DNA from: Candidatus Electronema halotolerans
GTDB lineage: Bacteria; Desulfobacterota; Desulfobulbia; Desulfobulbales; Desulfobulbaceae
Assembly (NCBI GenBank): GCA_942493095.1
Contig: OW818675.1
Location: forward strand, 2,910,001-2,942,000
Direction: 5' to 3'
Length of the DNA stretch: 32,000 nucleotides
The notes under the pieces are model-generated. The model ran no database searches, was not told the origin of the DNA, and saw nothing but the letters and a program-made list of their open reading frames with translations. Within the stretch, counting starts at the first letter, position 1; the number at the start of each line of letters is the position of its first letter. A program made the translations under genes and the position numbers. Positions 1 to 8,398 of this stretch are shown here, piece by piece.

Positions 1-42
1 CGCAAGTTTGTGGTCTATGGTGAGGGCGAGATTCGCCAGTAA
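1..42 (+). CDS. proA: 3' end of upstream gene, possibly gamma-glutamyl phosphate reductase (partial)
   Basis: Frame 1 reads RKFVVYGEGEIRQ then TAA at 40-42. A G.G.IR-type C-terminus directly upstream of nadD fits the common proA-nadD synteny. Only 13 codons are visible. Confidence 0.35.
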   Translation, partial: RKFVVYGEGEIRQ

Positions 43-47
43 GAATA

Positions 48-638
48 ATGGAGCGGATCGGGCTGTTCGGCGGCACCTTTGACCCAGTGCATTGCGGCCA
101 TCTGGCGATTGCCGAGCAGGCTGCGGAAGAACTGCGGCTCGCCCAGATGCTCTTCATCCCGGCTCCTGATCCGCCTCATAAGCGAAAGACGACAGCGACT
201 TACGGGCAGCGGGTCGCCATGCTGGAGCTGGCCTTGGCCGACCATGATCGCTTCAGCGTCTCCCTGCTGGAGTCTGAGCTGCCCAAACCTTCCTACACGG
301 CTGACACCCTGCTGGAGCTGCGCAAGCGTCTGGCCGGGCAGTTTTATTTCCTCATTGGTGCGGATTCGTTGCTGGAGCTGCACCTCTGGAACCGCTTTCA
401 GGATTTGCTCAAGCTGACCAAATTCATCGTCATTTCACGGCCCGGCATTCCGCTGCCAGCCATGCGGCAGGCGATGGAGCGGCTGCCCGGTAATTTTGTT
501 CCGCTCGTCAACCGGCTGAAGGAGGATGTTTCATCCACTGCGATTCGGGCGCAGTTGCGGCTGGGCGAAAAAACAGAGCTATTGGATAGGCGGGTGGTAG
601 GGTATATTGAGCGGGAGAGGTTGTATAAATCTGTCTGA
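48..638 (+). CDS. nadD: nicotinate-nucleotide adenylyltransferase
   Basis: 196 aa. The N-terminal GLFGGTFDPVHCGHL motif (nucleotidyltransferase (H/T)xGH) and the C-terminal SSTAIR motif are typical of NadD. Confidence 0.9.
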   Translation: MERIGLFGGTFDPVHCGHLAIAEQAAEELRLAQMLFIPAPDPPHKRKTTATYGQRVAMLELALADHDRFSVSLLESELPKPSYTADTLLELRKRLAGQFYFLIGADSLLELHLWNRFQDLLKLTKFIVISRPGIPLPAMRQAMERLPGNFVPLVNRLKEDVSSTAIRAQLRLGEKTELLDRRVVGYIERERLYKSV

Positions 639-665
639 CAAAAAACAGTCATCTTAATGCAGTAG

Positions 666-1859
666 ATGGAGAATGAAAGAATAATGGGTAAAACTTTTAA
701 AAACAGCGGCGGAGAACAGAACATCGCTCAAGGTGACTATGCTATCGGCAGACAGATAAACACCTTTGGTATCCCTCCAGAAATCTTTGAAAAGTATGCG
801 ACGAAGCTCGCTGTTACAGAATCTGCTTTAAGCAGTTTCTTCAAAACATTAGGAATAAAACAGGTTTCCCTTGACGATATAGATGGCAAATTACGTGAAA
901 TTGCAGCTAATCATAAAGAACTATTGCAAAAATTACAGAATAACGCAGCAGAGTTATCAAAAAAATCAGAAGGTGCAGATATGAGTTCAAATTTGATTTA
1001 TATTGAAATATCAATGAAAGATGCGGAGTTGTATCAGGAGGCGTATGAGATACTGCTCAACAAGCTCGTTGAATGGAATGAAATAGCTATCAATAATGGA
1101 GCATCTAAAGCTCCATATGAATATGAAGTAAAGCGATTGCCAATCATAGTTAATTTTTTTAAGAAAAAAATTGCGTCAGGGAGTTATTTTATCACTGATA
1201 GAGTTAGCGAAGAGACCTTGCGTCTCAAAAAATCAGCTCTTCTTTGTGCTGCACATCAACATGAACAGCAGCTCCTCGAAAAATCAAAGAATGGCTGGCC
1301 ACCAGCAGTGATAGAGGCGGCTAAGGAGAAATCCAGAAGATTCAAAGAGCTTGCCGATAAGATTAAATATGATCTTCCAGAAAATTTGGCAGATATTCTG
1401 CCAAGATCAAATGTAACCGTTAATGATCATCATATCCGAGGCAAGGACTGGGAATGGGATGCGTTTATCAGCCACGCATGGGAGGATAAGGAAAATTTTG
1501 TTGCATCACTTGCTGCTGCTTTAGAGGAACAGGGCTTGAAAATATGGTACGACGAGTCAGTACTTAAAGTTGGTGATAGCCTCAGACGCTCCATAGATAA
1601 TGGATTGTCAAAATCAAGATATGGGATTGTTGTGTTAAGTCATTCTTTTTTGAAAAAAGAGTGGCCACAAAAAGAACTTGATGGGATATTCGCAAAAGAG
1701 CGGAATGGGATAAAAGTGCTGCTGCCGATATGGCATAATATTTCTTCAGAAGATATTGAAAAATTTTCGCCTATGCTGGCTGATCGTCTGGCAGTTTCAT
1801 CCAGCAAAGGACTTCCTCATGTCGTTGAGCAATTGTTGAGTGCGATTCAGCAATCGTAA
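666..1859 (+). CDS. TIR-domain protein with an uncharacterised ~260-aa N-terminal region (candidate defence/NADase effector)
   Basis: The C-terminal ~130 aa read WDAFISHAWEDKENFV..LKIWYDE..GDSL..SRYGIVVLSHSFLKKEWPQKELDG, which are classic bacterial TIR boxes including the W..E glutamate position. The gene is visibly AT-rich compared with both flanks. The start could instead be the ATG at 684, which follows a GGAG at 669-672. Confidence 0.85.
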   Translation: MENERIMGKTFKNSGGEQNIAQGDYAIGRQINTFGIPPEIFEKYATKLAVTESALSSFFKTLGIKQVSLDDIDGKLREIAANHKELLQKLQNNAAELSKKSEGADMSSNLIYIEISMKDAELYQEAYEILLNKLVEWNEIAINNGASKAPYEYEVKRLPIIVNFFKKKIASGSYFITDRVSEETLRLKKSALLCAAHQHEQQLLEKSKNGWPPAVIEAAKEKSRRFKELADKIKYDLPENLADILPRSNVTVNDHHIRGKDWEWDAFISHAWEDKENFVASLAAALEEQGLKIWYDESVLKVGDSLRRSIDNGLSKSRYGIVVLSHSFLKKEWPQKELDGIFAKERNGIKVLLPIWHNISSEDIEKFSPMLADRLAVSSSKGLPHVVEQLLSAIQQS

Positions 1860-2133
1860 GATTGATCGAGCGCGGCAATTTTTCGACTGCCGAAAAACGG
1901 CGGCAATACCGGCAACTCGTGGAAAAAGTCGCTAATGCCGCCGCCTTAAAGCAGGAATTTCAGCGAAAACTCAAAAACGTTGAACAGAGCCTTGCTGCGG
2001 AGAGAAACAGCCCTTGAGCTGCATTGAAGCATCTTGATTTCTGTCCGCAGCCCGTGGCATCCAGCAAAAAAAACGATGCCTTGATATCGCATCATCCGTA
2101 TTAGCCAAGATGATGCGGCAGGGTTCATGCACT

Positions 2134-2850
2134 TCATCCTTGAAGGCGGAAAGACAAGCATTCCATCCACACCATCAATTCTCCCAGCGCGGTCGAGGCC
2201 AGCAAATACGGCTCCTGATGCAGCGTGGCCCGGAGCTGCGTTTCTGCCAGCAGCTTGGACAATGACCATGAGGCCGGATTTTCCTCCGGCGCGGGCAGGA
2301 ACTCATTGACATGACCCCAGAGATGCTGCACAGCATTCCTCAGCCCGCCGATGCTGGGCGGCTGGCGGAGCAGCTCACTGAGCTGGCGGGACAGAGCGGC
2401 AAAGTCGGCCTTGCCGCTGGCTGTTTCCCGGCCAATAGCTTTATACAACTGCACATCACGGGCCAGCACGGAATACTTGTGCTGGCTCCAGAGCTGCTGG
2501 GCATGGCGCGGCAAGGGAATCCGGCCCGGCTCACGATCCGCATATTTAGTCCCAAGCAGCTCGAACTGAGCTGCCGGTTCATCAAGATAAAGCGCAGGCC
2601 ATGCCTCGCTGCCGGGCGGCACTGCGACTGGCGACTGCTCCTTGTAGCCGCGCAAGGTCATTTCGCAGGCAAGCTGCTGGTGCCGCCAGGCCAGAGCTGG
2701 CAGGCAGTCTGCCCAGCGCAGGGTTTCCGGGTGCCGGGCATAGCCTTTCTTTTTATTGAGCAGAATTGAGATGATGGCATGCAGCTCCCGGTGCTCGCCC
2801 AGCAGACTCTGCCGGTTGAGATAACCGGGGCTGATGTCCCAAATCCTCAT
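2134..2850 (-). CDS. pyrimidine dimer DNA glycosylase / endonuclease V (Pyr_excise)-like N-terminal domain protein
   Basis: From the internal ATG at 2850 the product starts MRIWDISPGYLNRQSLLGEHRELHAI..KKKGYARHPETLRW, matching the T4 DenV-like family signature (L..EHrEL). This ATG overlaps the upstream gene's TGA (ATGA at 2847-2850). The C-terminal ~130 aa are not recognised. Confidence 0.6.
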   Translation of the reverse strand: MRIWDISPGYLNRQSLLGEHRELHAIISILLNKKKGYARHPETLRWADCLPALAWRHQQLACEMTLRGYKEQSPVAVPPGSEAWPALYLDEPAAQFELLGTKYADREPGRIPLPRHAQQLWSQHKYSVLARDVQLYKAIGRETASGKADFAALSRQLSELLRQPPSIGGLRNAVQHLWGHVNEFLPAPEENPASWSLSKLLAETQLRATLHQEPYLLASTALGELMVWMECLSFRLQG

Positions 2851-4760
2851 GCGCTGCCGTCTGCGCCGGGCAGCCTGCTCCGGCAGGCCGCGAGAATATG
2901 CCCCAGCATCTGGCTGTAGGAAATGCCCTGCAAGGCCGCCATCTTGGCCAAATGGCCGTCCCAGCACCAGCCCGGATTGGGGTTGACCTCCAGCAGCCGG
3001 GGCGTGCCGTTGTCGTCAATGCGCCAGTCAAAACGGGCGTAATCGCGGCAACTGAGCCGTTCAAAGAGCTTGACGCAGCTTGCTCCAAGAAAGCGCTCCA
3101 CATCCTCGGACAGATTGGCCGGAATTGATTTGATTTTCCAGTAGGGCGAACTGGGGTCCCATTTGGCCTCATAGCCGCATAAGCGCGGCAGTCCTTCTGG
3201 CAGGGCCGAGTAATCCTCCTCAATCACCGGCAGAATCATGTACGAGCTGCCCGGATTGCCGATAATGCCGACGCTGATGTCCTTGCCAGTGAGAAACGCC
3301 TCCACCAAAATCGGGTTATTGTAGCCGAACTTGTCCCGGATGCCGGTCACTGCGCTTTCCAAGGCTTGCAGATCATGGCAGACATTGGCTTGGGTGATGC
3401 CAAAGCTGGAGTCGCCGAAGTTGGGCTTGACAATCACGGGAAAGTTGAGCGGAAACTCAATGAACTGAATATCTTCCGGCTTGATCATGAAGGCCGGGGG
3501 CACAGGGATGTCCATTTCCTTGGCAATGCCCCGGATCAGCGACTTGTCGTAGCAATAGGCCAGACACTGGGGATTGCCGCCGGAATAGTGCAAGCCAAGC
3601 ATTTCCAGCAGGGCCGGGACATGCAGCTCCTTGAGGGCCTCGTTCTGAAAGCCCTCGTCGCAGAGATTGAAGACATAGCTGCATTTGCCTTGCAGCCTGC
3701 TCAAGTCCTGAATCAGGGTGTCGTGCCGGTCCAAATAGGTGAAGGTGCAGCCCGGCAGCTCGGCCAGAGCCTTTTTCAGCTGGTTGATGGTGTGGAAGTC
3801 GTCCTCATCAAAGCTGCTGCCCGGCTTGACCGCATCGCTCTTGCCCGGATCGCCGAGCAGGACAACCACGGCATCTGTCCTGTCCGCTTTCTTCTCGACC
3901 ACGGTCCATGCTTTTTCAGCGCAGGCCGTGACCACCACCCGCTGGGCCATCATGCCCAAGTCCTGATTCCGCTTTGATTCGGCAGCAACTTGGGAACAGC
4001 AGCAGCAGGCTGTGAAACCGGCCTTGGTCAGCAGCTGCTCAAGATCATTGCGCGAATAGAGCCGCTCGGCATAGAACTGATCGGCAATCACGCCCTTGCT
4101 GACATGGGTGATCACCTCTCTGGAAACCAGCCGCTCCCCATTCTCGGACAGCGAGCGTTCCCGGCAGACAAAGTAGTTCTTGTCGATCCATTCCCAGCTC
4201 CGGGCCTCAAAATGCGCCCGCATGTAGTCGCCGTCCGTGATGTCGATCAGCAGCTTGCCGCTGGGCCGCAGCACCCGCAGCACTTCTTTGAGAATGCGGT
4301 CGTCGTCCTTGCTCGAATCAAAATAGCCAAAGCTGTTGCCTGCGATCAGCACTGCCTCAAAGCTGTCAGGAGCAAAGGGCAGCCTGCGGGCATCGCCCTC
4401 TTTGAAGGCCACATTCAGGCCCCTGCCTTTGGCCACCTTGCGTGCCCGGCTGATCAGATAATGGGAGCGGTCCAAGCCGCTGACATTGCTCCAGCCCCGG
4501 CTGGCAATTTCCAGCGCATGGCGGCCCTGGCCGCAGCAGAGGTCAAGGATGCGGCTCTCCTTGGGCAAATTAAGAGCGGCAAGATAGATGTCGGTCTCGT
4601 TCTGGGTGATGTCGCTGTCCTCCACCACGTCGCCGTCCGTGCGCAGATAGTTGGCATTGAACAGATGCCGCCACCAGTCCGCCTTGACATAGCTTTCCAG
4701 ATTGTCAACCGGCCCCAGCACCTCGACGATCTTTCTGTTCTTCTTGTTCGATTTTGACAT
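2847..4760 (-). CDS. fusion protein: class I SAM-dependent methyltransferase (N-terminal) + D-Ala-D-Ala-ligase-like ATP-grasp domain (C-terminal)
   Basis: Start chosen at ATG 4760 (MSKSNKK...), preceded by GGAAG. The methyltransferase motif I is ILDLCCGQGRHALEIA and the post-I motif is FKEGDARRLPF. The C-terminal half carries FPVIVKPNFGDSSFGI, ILVEAFLTGKDISVG and LLEVNPNPGW, typical of the Ddl/ATP-grasp fold. Confidence 0.8.
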   Translation of the reverse strand: MSKSNKKNRKIVEVLGPVDNLESYVKADWWRHLFNANYLRTDGDVVEDSDITQNETDIYLAALNLPKESRILDLCCGQGRHALEIASRGWSNVSGLDRSHYLISRARKVAKGRGLNVAFKEGDARRLPFAPDSFEAVLIAGNSFGYFDSSKDDDRILKEVLRVLRPSGKLLIDITDGDYMRAHFEARSWEWIDKNYFVCRERSLSENGERLVSREVITHVSKGVIADQFYAERLYSRNDLEQLLTKAGFTACCCCSQVAAESKRNQDLGMMAQRVVVTACAEKAWTVVEKKADRTDAVVVLLGDPGKSDAVKPGSSFDEDDFHTINQLKKALAELPGCTFTYLDRHDTLIQDLSRLQGKCSYVFNLCDEGFQNEALKELHVPALLEMLGLHYSGGNPQCLAYCYDKSLIRGIAKEMDIPVPPAFMIKPEDIQFIEFPLNFPVIVKPNFGDSSFGITQANVCHDLQALESAVTGIRDKFGYNNPILVEAFLTGKDISVGIIGNPGSSYMILPVIEEDYSALPEGLPRLCGYEAKWDPSSPYWKIKSIPANLSEDVERFLGASCVKLFERLSCRDYARFDWRIDDNGTPRLLEVNPNPGWCWDGHLAKMAALQGISYSQMLGHILAACRSRLPGADGSA

Positions 4761-4948
4761 TTTCTTCGCTTCCTGTAAGATGAGCTGCGCAAGGATGGGA
4801 AAACGCGGCTTCAGCCCTCCGCAGCAGAGGAGGGCGGCCAAGATCGTCTTTTCCTTTACACCACAAACGCGCTGTCAGCGAGCAAAATTCCGAGCGGATC
4901 GCATTTTCCGTCCAGCCTGCTGCCAGCCCTGCGCAACAGCACAGAATC

Positions 4949-5365
4949 ATGAAAAGTTATCACAAGGAACTTTGGTTTGAGATCAAGACCCGGCGGGCCT
5001 TCATCAACATCACCCCGGAGGCGGAGCAATGTCTGGCTGAGTCCGGCATTCAGGAAGGGCTGTGCTTGGTCAACGCCATGCACATCACAGCCTCAGTCTT
5101 CATCAATGACGACGAATTCGGCCTGCACCATGATTATGAAGTCTGGCTGGAAAAGCTGGCTCCCCATGCTCCGGTCAGCCAGTACCGGCACAACGGATAT
5201 GAGGATAACGCGGATGCGCATCTGAAACGGCAGGTCATGGGCCGGGAAGTGGTGGTGGCCATCACGGCTGGCAAGCTCCACCTTGGCCCGTGGGAGCAAA
5301 TTTTCTACGGCGAGTTTGACGGACGGCGGAAAAAGCGGGTGCTGGTCAAGATCATTGGCGAGTGA
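4949..5365 (+). CDS. yjbQ: YjbQ/UPF0047 family protein (secondary thiamine-phosphate synthase-like)
   Basis: 138 aa. [36 protein letters not shown]...[15 protein letters not shown]...[16 protein letters not shown] matches the conserved YjbQ pattern. Confidence 0.85.
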   Translation: MKSYHKELWFEIKTRRAFINITPEAEQCLAESGIQEGLCLVNAMHITASVFINDDEFGLHHDYEVWLEKLAPHAPVSQYRHNGYEDNADAHLKRQVMGREVVVAITAGKLHLGPWEQIFYGEFDGRRKKRVLVKIIGE

Positions 5366-5671
5366 GTATGAGAAGCAAGGCTGACGCATGGGATATTGCC
5401 TTTAAATAACAAGTGGTTGGTAAGCTGCTCAAGTGCATGGTGTTGCAGCTCTGAACTTCCAGAACCGCCGCCGCGCACAATCTCAACTTATGCAGAGGAT
5501 TCTTGTTGATTCCGAGCAGAACGTCCCGCAGGCCGGACGAGACTTCCGCCGCCAGATGATTGACTGTGCTTATATTTCACAGAGTCTGAAGAAACAAATT
5601 GATTTTTCAAACTTTTTACTCCGGCGGTTAATCTCTGTCAAGAAAAGTGATGGATGGTAAGGCAATGTGCT

Positions 5672-7561
5672 TCACCAGAACCATTTTATTTCAAGGGAAA
5701 CCTTGCTTTCTTCAGCCTCACGCTGCTCCAGTCCGGCAAACACGGAGAGCTGTCTTGACAGGCCCCACTGCATTTCCGCGCCAAGAAAAGGTTCGGCATC
5801 ACCCTGATAATCAGCCGTTTCTAATCCAGCCAGCAGGCGGGTCTTGAGATTTCCCGTTCCAGCCAGCAGGGCCGCATGAGGCCGGAGACGGAAATACGGC
5901 TCCAAGCTGTGCGCTGCCGCATCAGTCATCAGATAAGCAGTCAGCTGCGGGCTGATCTTCCATGCCCTGCCGACTCCAAAGGCAAAGAGCGCATCATAAT
6001 CACCGTCCTCTTGGATAAGACCGCTGTGGAGCTGCCACGACCAAGGGCTGTCCTCCTCAAGGGCCAAGGTGCTGGTTTTAATTTTCCGAATGCGTATTAT
6101 ATCTAACCGGTCGAGAAACAAGCTGTCCTCTTTGCCGCCCACGCCGACAGCCGTATCCAAGATGGCCAGCTCATCCCCCTCCAAGGTATTGCGTCCCAAG
6201 GTTTCTTGAATAAACGGTGCCCAGCGCAGGCGCAAATGCGCTCCCTGCCCATGTTCGTAACCGAAACCAAGGCTGGTCAGCATGGGGCGGTTGCCTGCGG
6301 CAGGAGAGTCCAGCGCAGGCGGCTCCTCCACTGCCGCGCTGCTCGGCGGGAGGAGAAAACGGGCAGGCAGAAGCTGCTTTTTCATGGCCTTGGTCGCCGG
6401 GCTGGGATTAGGCTGTTCAGCAGTGAGCCGGTAATTGGCATAGGCCAGCAGGGTGTCCAAGACTTCGGCCTGCCGCTCTGGCTTCAGTCCAGCCAGTTCT
6501 GCCGCCATCGCCTTTGGCCCTTGCTGGATGACCTTTTCCGCAGCCGCCTGTTCGTCTGGCTTGAGCAGACTGAACTGATGGTGCAGCCGCCGCTGGGCTG
6601 AGGGAATGAAGCGCACCGTGCTGATCAGGCCCGGCTGACCCGCAGCTTTTTCAGCATGGTCAATGTCTTCAAGACGATGAAAGATTTCCACTGGCGCGCA
6701 CCAGACCTTGGCATGTTGCAGGAGCGGCTCGTCAATGACTAATTCCAGCAGCTCGGCCAGTCGGTAGGCGCAGTTTTTGTCGAGGAAATAATACGTGAAT
6801 TTCTTGCCCAGAATCTCCCAGAGATGAAGCACCAAAAAGGTGCGCTGCTCGTCAGAAAGGCGCAGCTCATAATCCCAGATGTCGCGGAACTCGGTCCGGG
6901 AATACACCAAATCCTGGGTGTAGAAATAGCGGTCTGAGAATCCGGCCTGATAGCCGCCGCCCAAGCCGTGGAGAATGTAGCGCAGGACTGGCTCATCCTT
7001 CGGCACCAAGGCACCGTAACTGACGGTCAGATCAAAAAGTCCGGCCTGATCATCCCGCGCCCCGGCATTGAGCTTGAGCAGGGCGTGACCAAACACAGAT
7101 GCCGGATTGCCAAGATAGCCGCTGACTAAAAAGAGACTGACTGATTTGACCTTGTCCGGCAGGGACCAGCGGACAAAAGTCTTGCATTGCGGCGGCGCAG
7201 GCGTGTATTCTGGCAACTTGATGTGCTGGGAAAGCCAGAAATAGCGGGCCGGAAAGCGGCAGCGGGCATGACTGTCGCCGTCCTTGGGCCACGGCGCAGT
7301 GTAGGCGGCAATAGTGGCGGCCAGTTCGGCCTTGGCATTGTGACGGCCTTCAGGGGCGAGGAAAAAGTCCTTGCTCAGGATTTCGCTCTGTTGCGCCTTG
7401 CGGTCAAAATGGAGCAGCTTGCGCCAAGTCGGATGCTGGGCGAGCTGTTCAAGCTGCGCTGGACTGAGCAGGGAATTTGCCGTTGCTGAACAGAAAAGCG
7501 GGCAGAGGAGGGCATAAAAAAAACAGGCAGCCTGAAGCCGCAAAAGGGGAGAAATGCGCAT
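5672..7561 (-). CDS. DUF4105 (Lnb N-terminal-like) domain-containing exported protein
   Basis: 629 aa with an N-terminal signal-like segment (LLCPLFCSATA). The block VSLFLVSGYLGNPASVFGHALLKLN...YGA...YFLDKNCAY resembles the DUF4105 core. The C-terminal third looks beta-rich and outer-membrane-like. Confidence 0.55.
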   Translation of the reverse strand: MRISPLLRLQAACFFYALLCPLFCSATANSLLSPAQLEQLAQHPTWRKLLHFDRKAQQSEILSKDFFLAPEGRHNAKAELAATIAAYTAPWPKDGDSHARCRFPARYFWLSQHIKLPEYTPAPPQCKTFVRWSLPDKVKSVSLFLVSGYLGNPASVFGHALLKLNAGARDDQAGLFDLTVSYGALVPKDEPVLRYILHGLGGGYQAGFSDRYFYTQDLVYSRTEFRDIWDYELRLSDEQRTFLVLHLWEILGKKFTYYFLDKNCAYRLAELLELVIDEPLLQHAKVWCAPVEIFHRLEDIDHAEKAAGQPGLISTVRFIPSAQRRLHHQFSLLKPDEQAAAEKVIQQGPKAMAAELAGLKPERQAEVLDTLLAYANYRLTAEQPNPSPATKAMKKQLLPARFLLPPSSAAVEEPPALDSPAAGNRPMLTSLGFGYEHGQGAHLRLRWAPFIQETLGRNTLEGDELAILDTAVGVGGKEDSLFLDRLDIIRIRKIKTSTLALEEDSPWSWQLHSGLIQEDGDYDALFAFGVGRAWKISPQLTAYLMTDAAAHSLEPYFRLRPHAALLAGTGNLKTRLLAGLETADYQGDAEPFLGAEMQWGLSRQLSVFAGLEQREAEESKVSLEIKWFW

Positions 7562-7576
7562 CTGGCTGCCGATCAG

Positions 7577-7603
7577 AAAAAAACAGGCGCAGCTGCGCGC
7601 CTG
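7577..7603 (-). terminator. rho-independent terminator/attenuator between the DUF3015-like and DUF4105 genes
   Basis: On the minus strand the 7-bp stem CAGGCGC-GCAGCT-GCGCCTG is followed by T7. It lies 10 nt after the upstream stop and ends 15 nt before the ATG of the downstream gene. Confidence 0.6.
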
Positions 7604-7612
7604 CGGATAATT

Positions 7613-8098
7613 TCAGCTCCTGCTCTCCGGCTGCCGGAAGACCAGATTGTACAGATTCTCGGCCTTCTCAAAACGGCTCTGATCAGCATACTCTGCCGCT
7701 GCCACTGAATTGGCAAAATCCCTGCGCAGTCCGGCAGCAAAAGAGGCTTTGCCCTCTTCGTTCACCCCGGCCAGCGCGGCCAGCGAATCCAAATACTCGC
7801 CCTGACCCCGCGCCAGATCAGCCTCCAGCGGCTCGTAGGCATTGTTGATGAATGCAGCTGCCAGAGCCTGACCGCCTTGGCAGGTCTCTGGCGAGGAGAC
7901 GTTGGAAATGATGGCAGTGGTGCCAAGGTCAAAGGTGACATTGGTCACTGCCGCAACTGCCGGGGTGCGGGGGGCAATGAGCGCGCCCAGACCGCAGTCC
8001 GTGTAGATGTCAGCAAATTCTCTGGCAGCGGCAGTCTGGGCCAAAGCCAATGAGGCGGCAAAGACCAAGGTGATGGTTTTCATGTTTTTTCCAAGCAT
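7613..8098 (-). CDS. DUF3015-like small secreted protein
   Basis: Start taken at ATG 8098 (AAGGAG lies 10 nt upstream); ATG 8083 is an alternative. The signal peptide is MKTITLVFAASLALAQTAAA. The motifs DCGLGA...TNVT..LGTT and ARGQGEYLDSLAAL match my recollection of DUF3015. This family is often adjacent to DUF4105 genes. Confidence 0.5.
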   Translation of the reverse strand: MLGKNMKTITLVFAASLALAQTAAAREFADIYTDCGLGALIAPRTPAVAAVTNVTFDLGTTAIISNVSSPETCQGGQALAAAFINNAYEPLEADLARGQGEYLDSLAALAGVNEEGKASFAAGLRRDFANSVAAAEYADQSRFEKAENLYNLVFRQPESRS

Positions 8099-8398
8099 AG
8101 TGTTGTGTCTCCTTGCGGTTCTGTTTGCGGAAAGCCAGTCGTTGCGGCTTTCCCTGCGGCTCTGCAAAAAACTCCTCATTTCAGCTTACTCATGGAAAAG
8201 GTGCTTGTCAACAGCAGATTCTGCTTCAGCTTTCTAATTATTTATCGTATTATAATAATGAAATCAGAGAGTTTCTCTGCGAAACAGCAAAGCTGAGACC
8301 CTGCTGCTTGCGGCACATTGTAAAAATCACTTCACTTCAATTTGATACGCCGCCCTTTTCTTAGGGACAGGGCGGCGGATTCAGTGAGGAGGGCAGGC

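Noticed and set aside
48-1859. A functional link between nadD (NAD biosynthesis) and the adjacent TIR (NAD-consuming) gene, e.g. a toxin/antidote-like pair.
   Set aside because: nadD sits in its usual housekeeping context (proA-nadD) and has host-like composition. The TIR gene has foreign AT-rich composition. The adjacency is best explained as an insertion site, not a co-evolved module.
2040-2116. Hairpins downstream of the glycosylase-like gene (CGCATCATC-N12-GATGATGCG at 2087-2116; GGCATC...GATGCC around an A8/T8 run) as a terminator.
   Set aside because: The T-run is 14 nt away from the better stem and sits inside the loop of the weaker one. The geometry does not fit a canonical intrinsic terminator, so it is not reported as a feature.
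2753-3223. ORF 2753-3223 (156 aa), and the N-terminal extensions of several track ORFs (e.g. 2851-2967, 4761-4841, 8099-8179, 8342-8398, 28244-28603).
   Set aside because: The extensions start at non-ATG or unsupported codons. They overlap neighbouring genes or lack an RBS, whereas internal ATGs give canonical N-termini, signal peptides or ATGA coupling.
3366-4757. Long plus-strand ORFs 3366-3977 (203 aa) and 3990-4757 (255 aa).
   Set aside because: They lie antisense to the well-supported methyltransferase/ATP-grasp gene. Their Ala/Gly/Leu/Gln-rich, low-complexity translations are typical of shadow ORFs in GC-rich DNA.
5433-5660. ORF 5433-5660 (75 aa) in the convergent gap between yjbQ and the DUF4105 gene; I considered a small regulator or an integrase remnant.
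   Set aside because: It has no RBS, no recognisable motif in either strand's translation, and a non-ATG start. I treat it as non-coding intergenic sequence.
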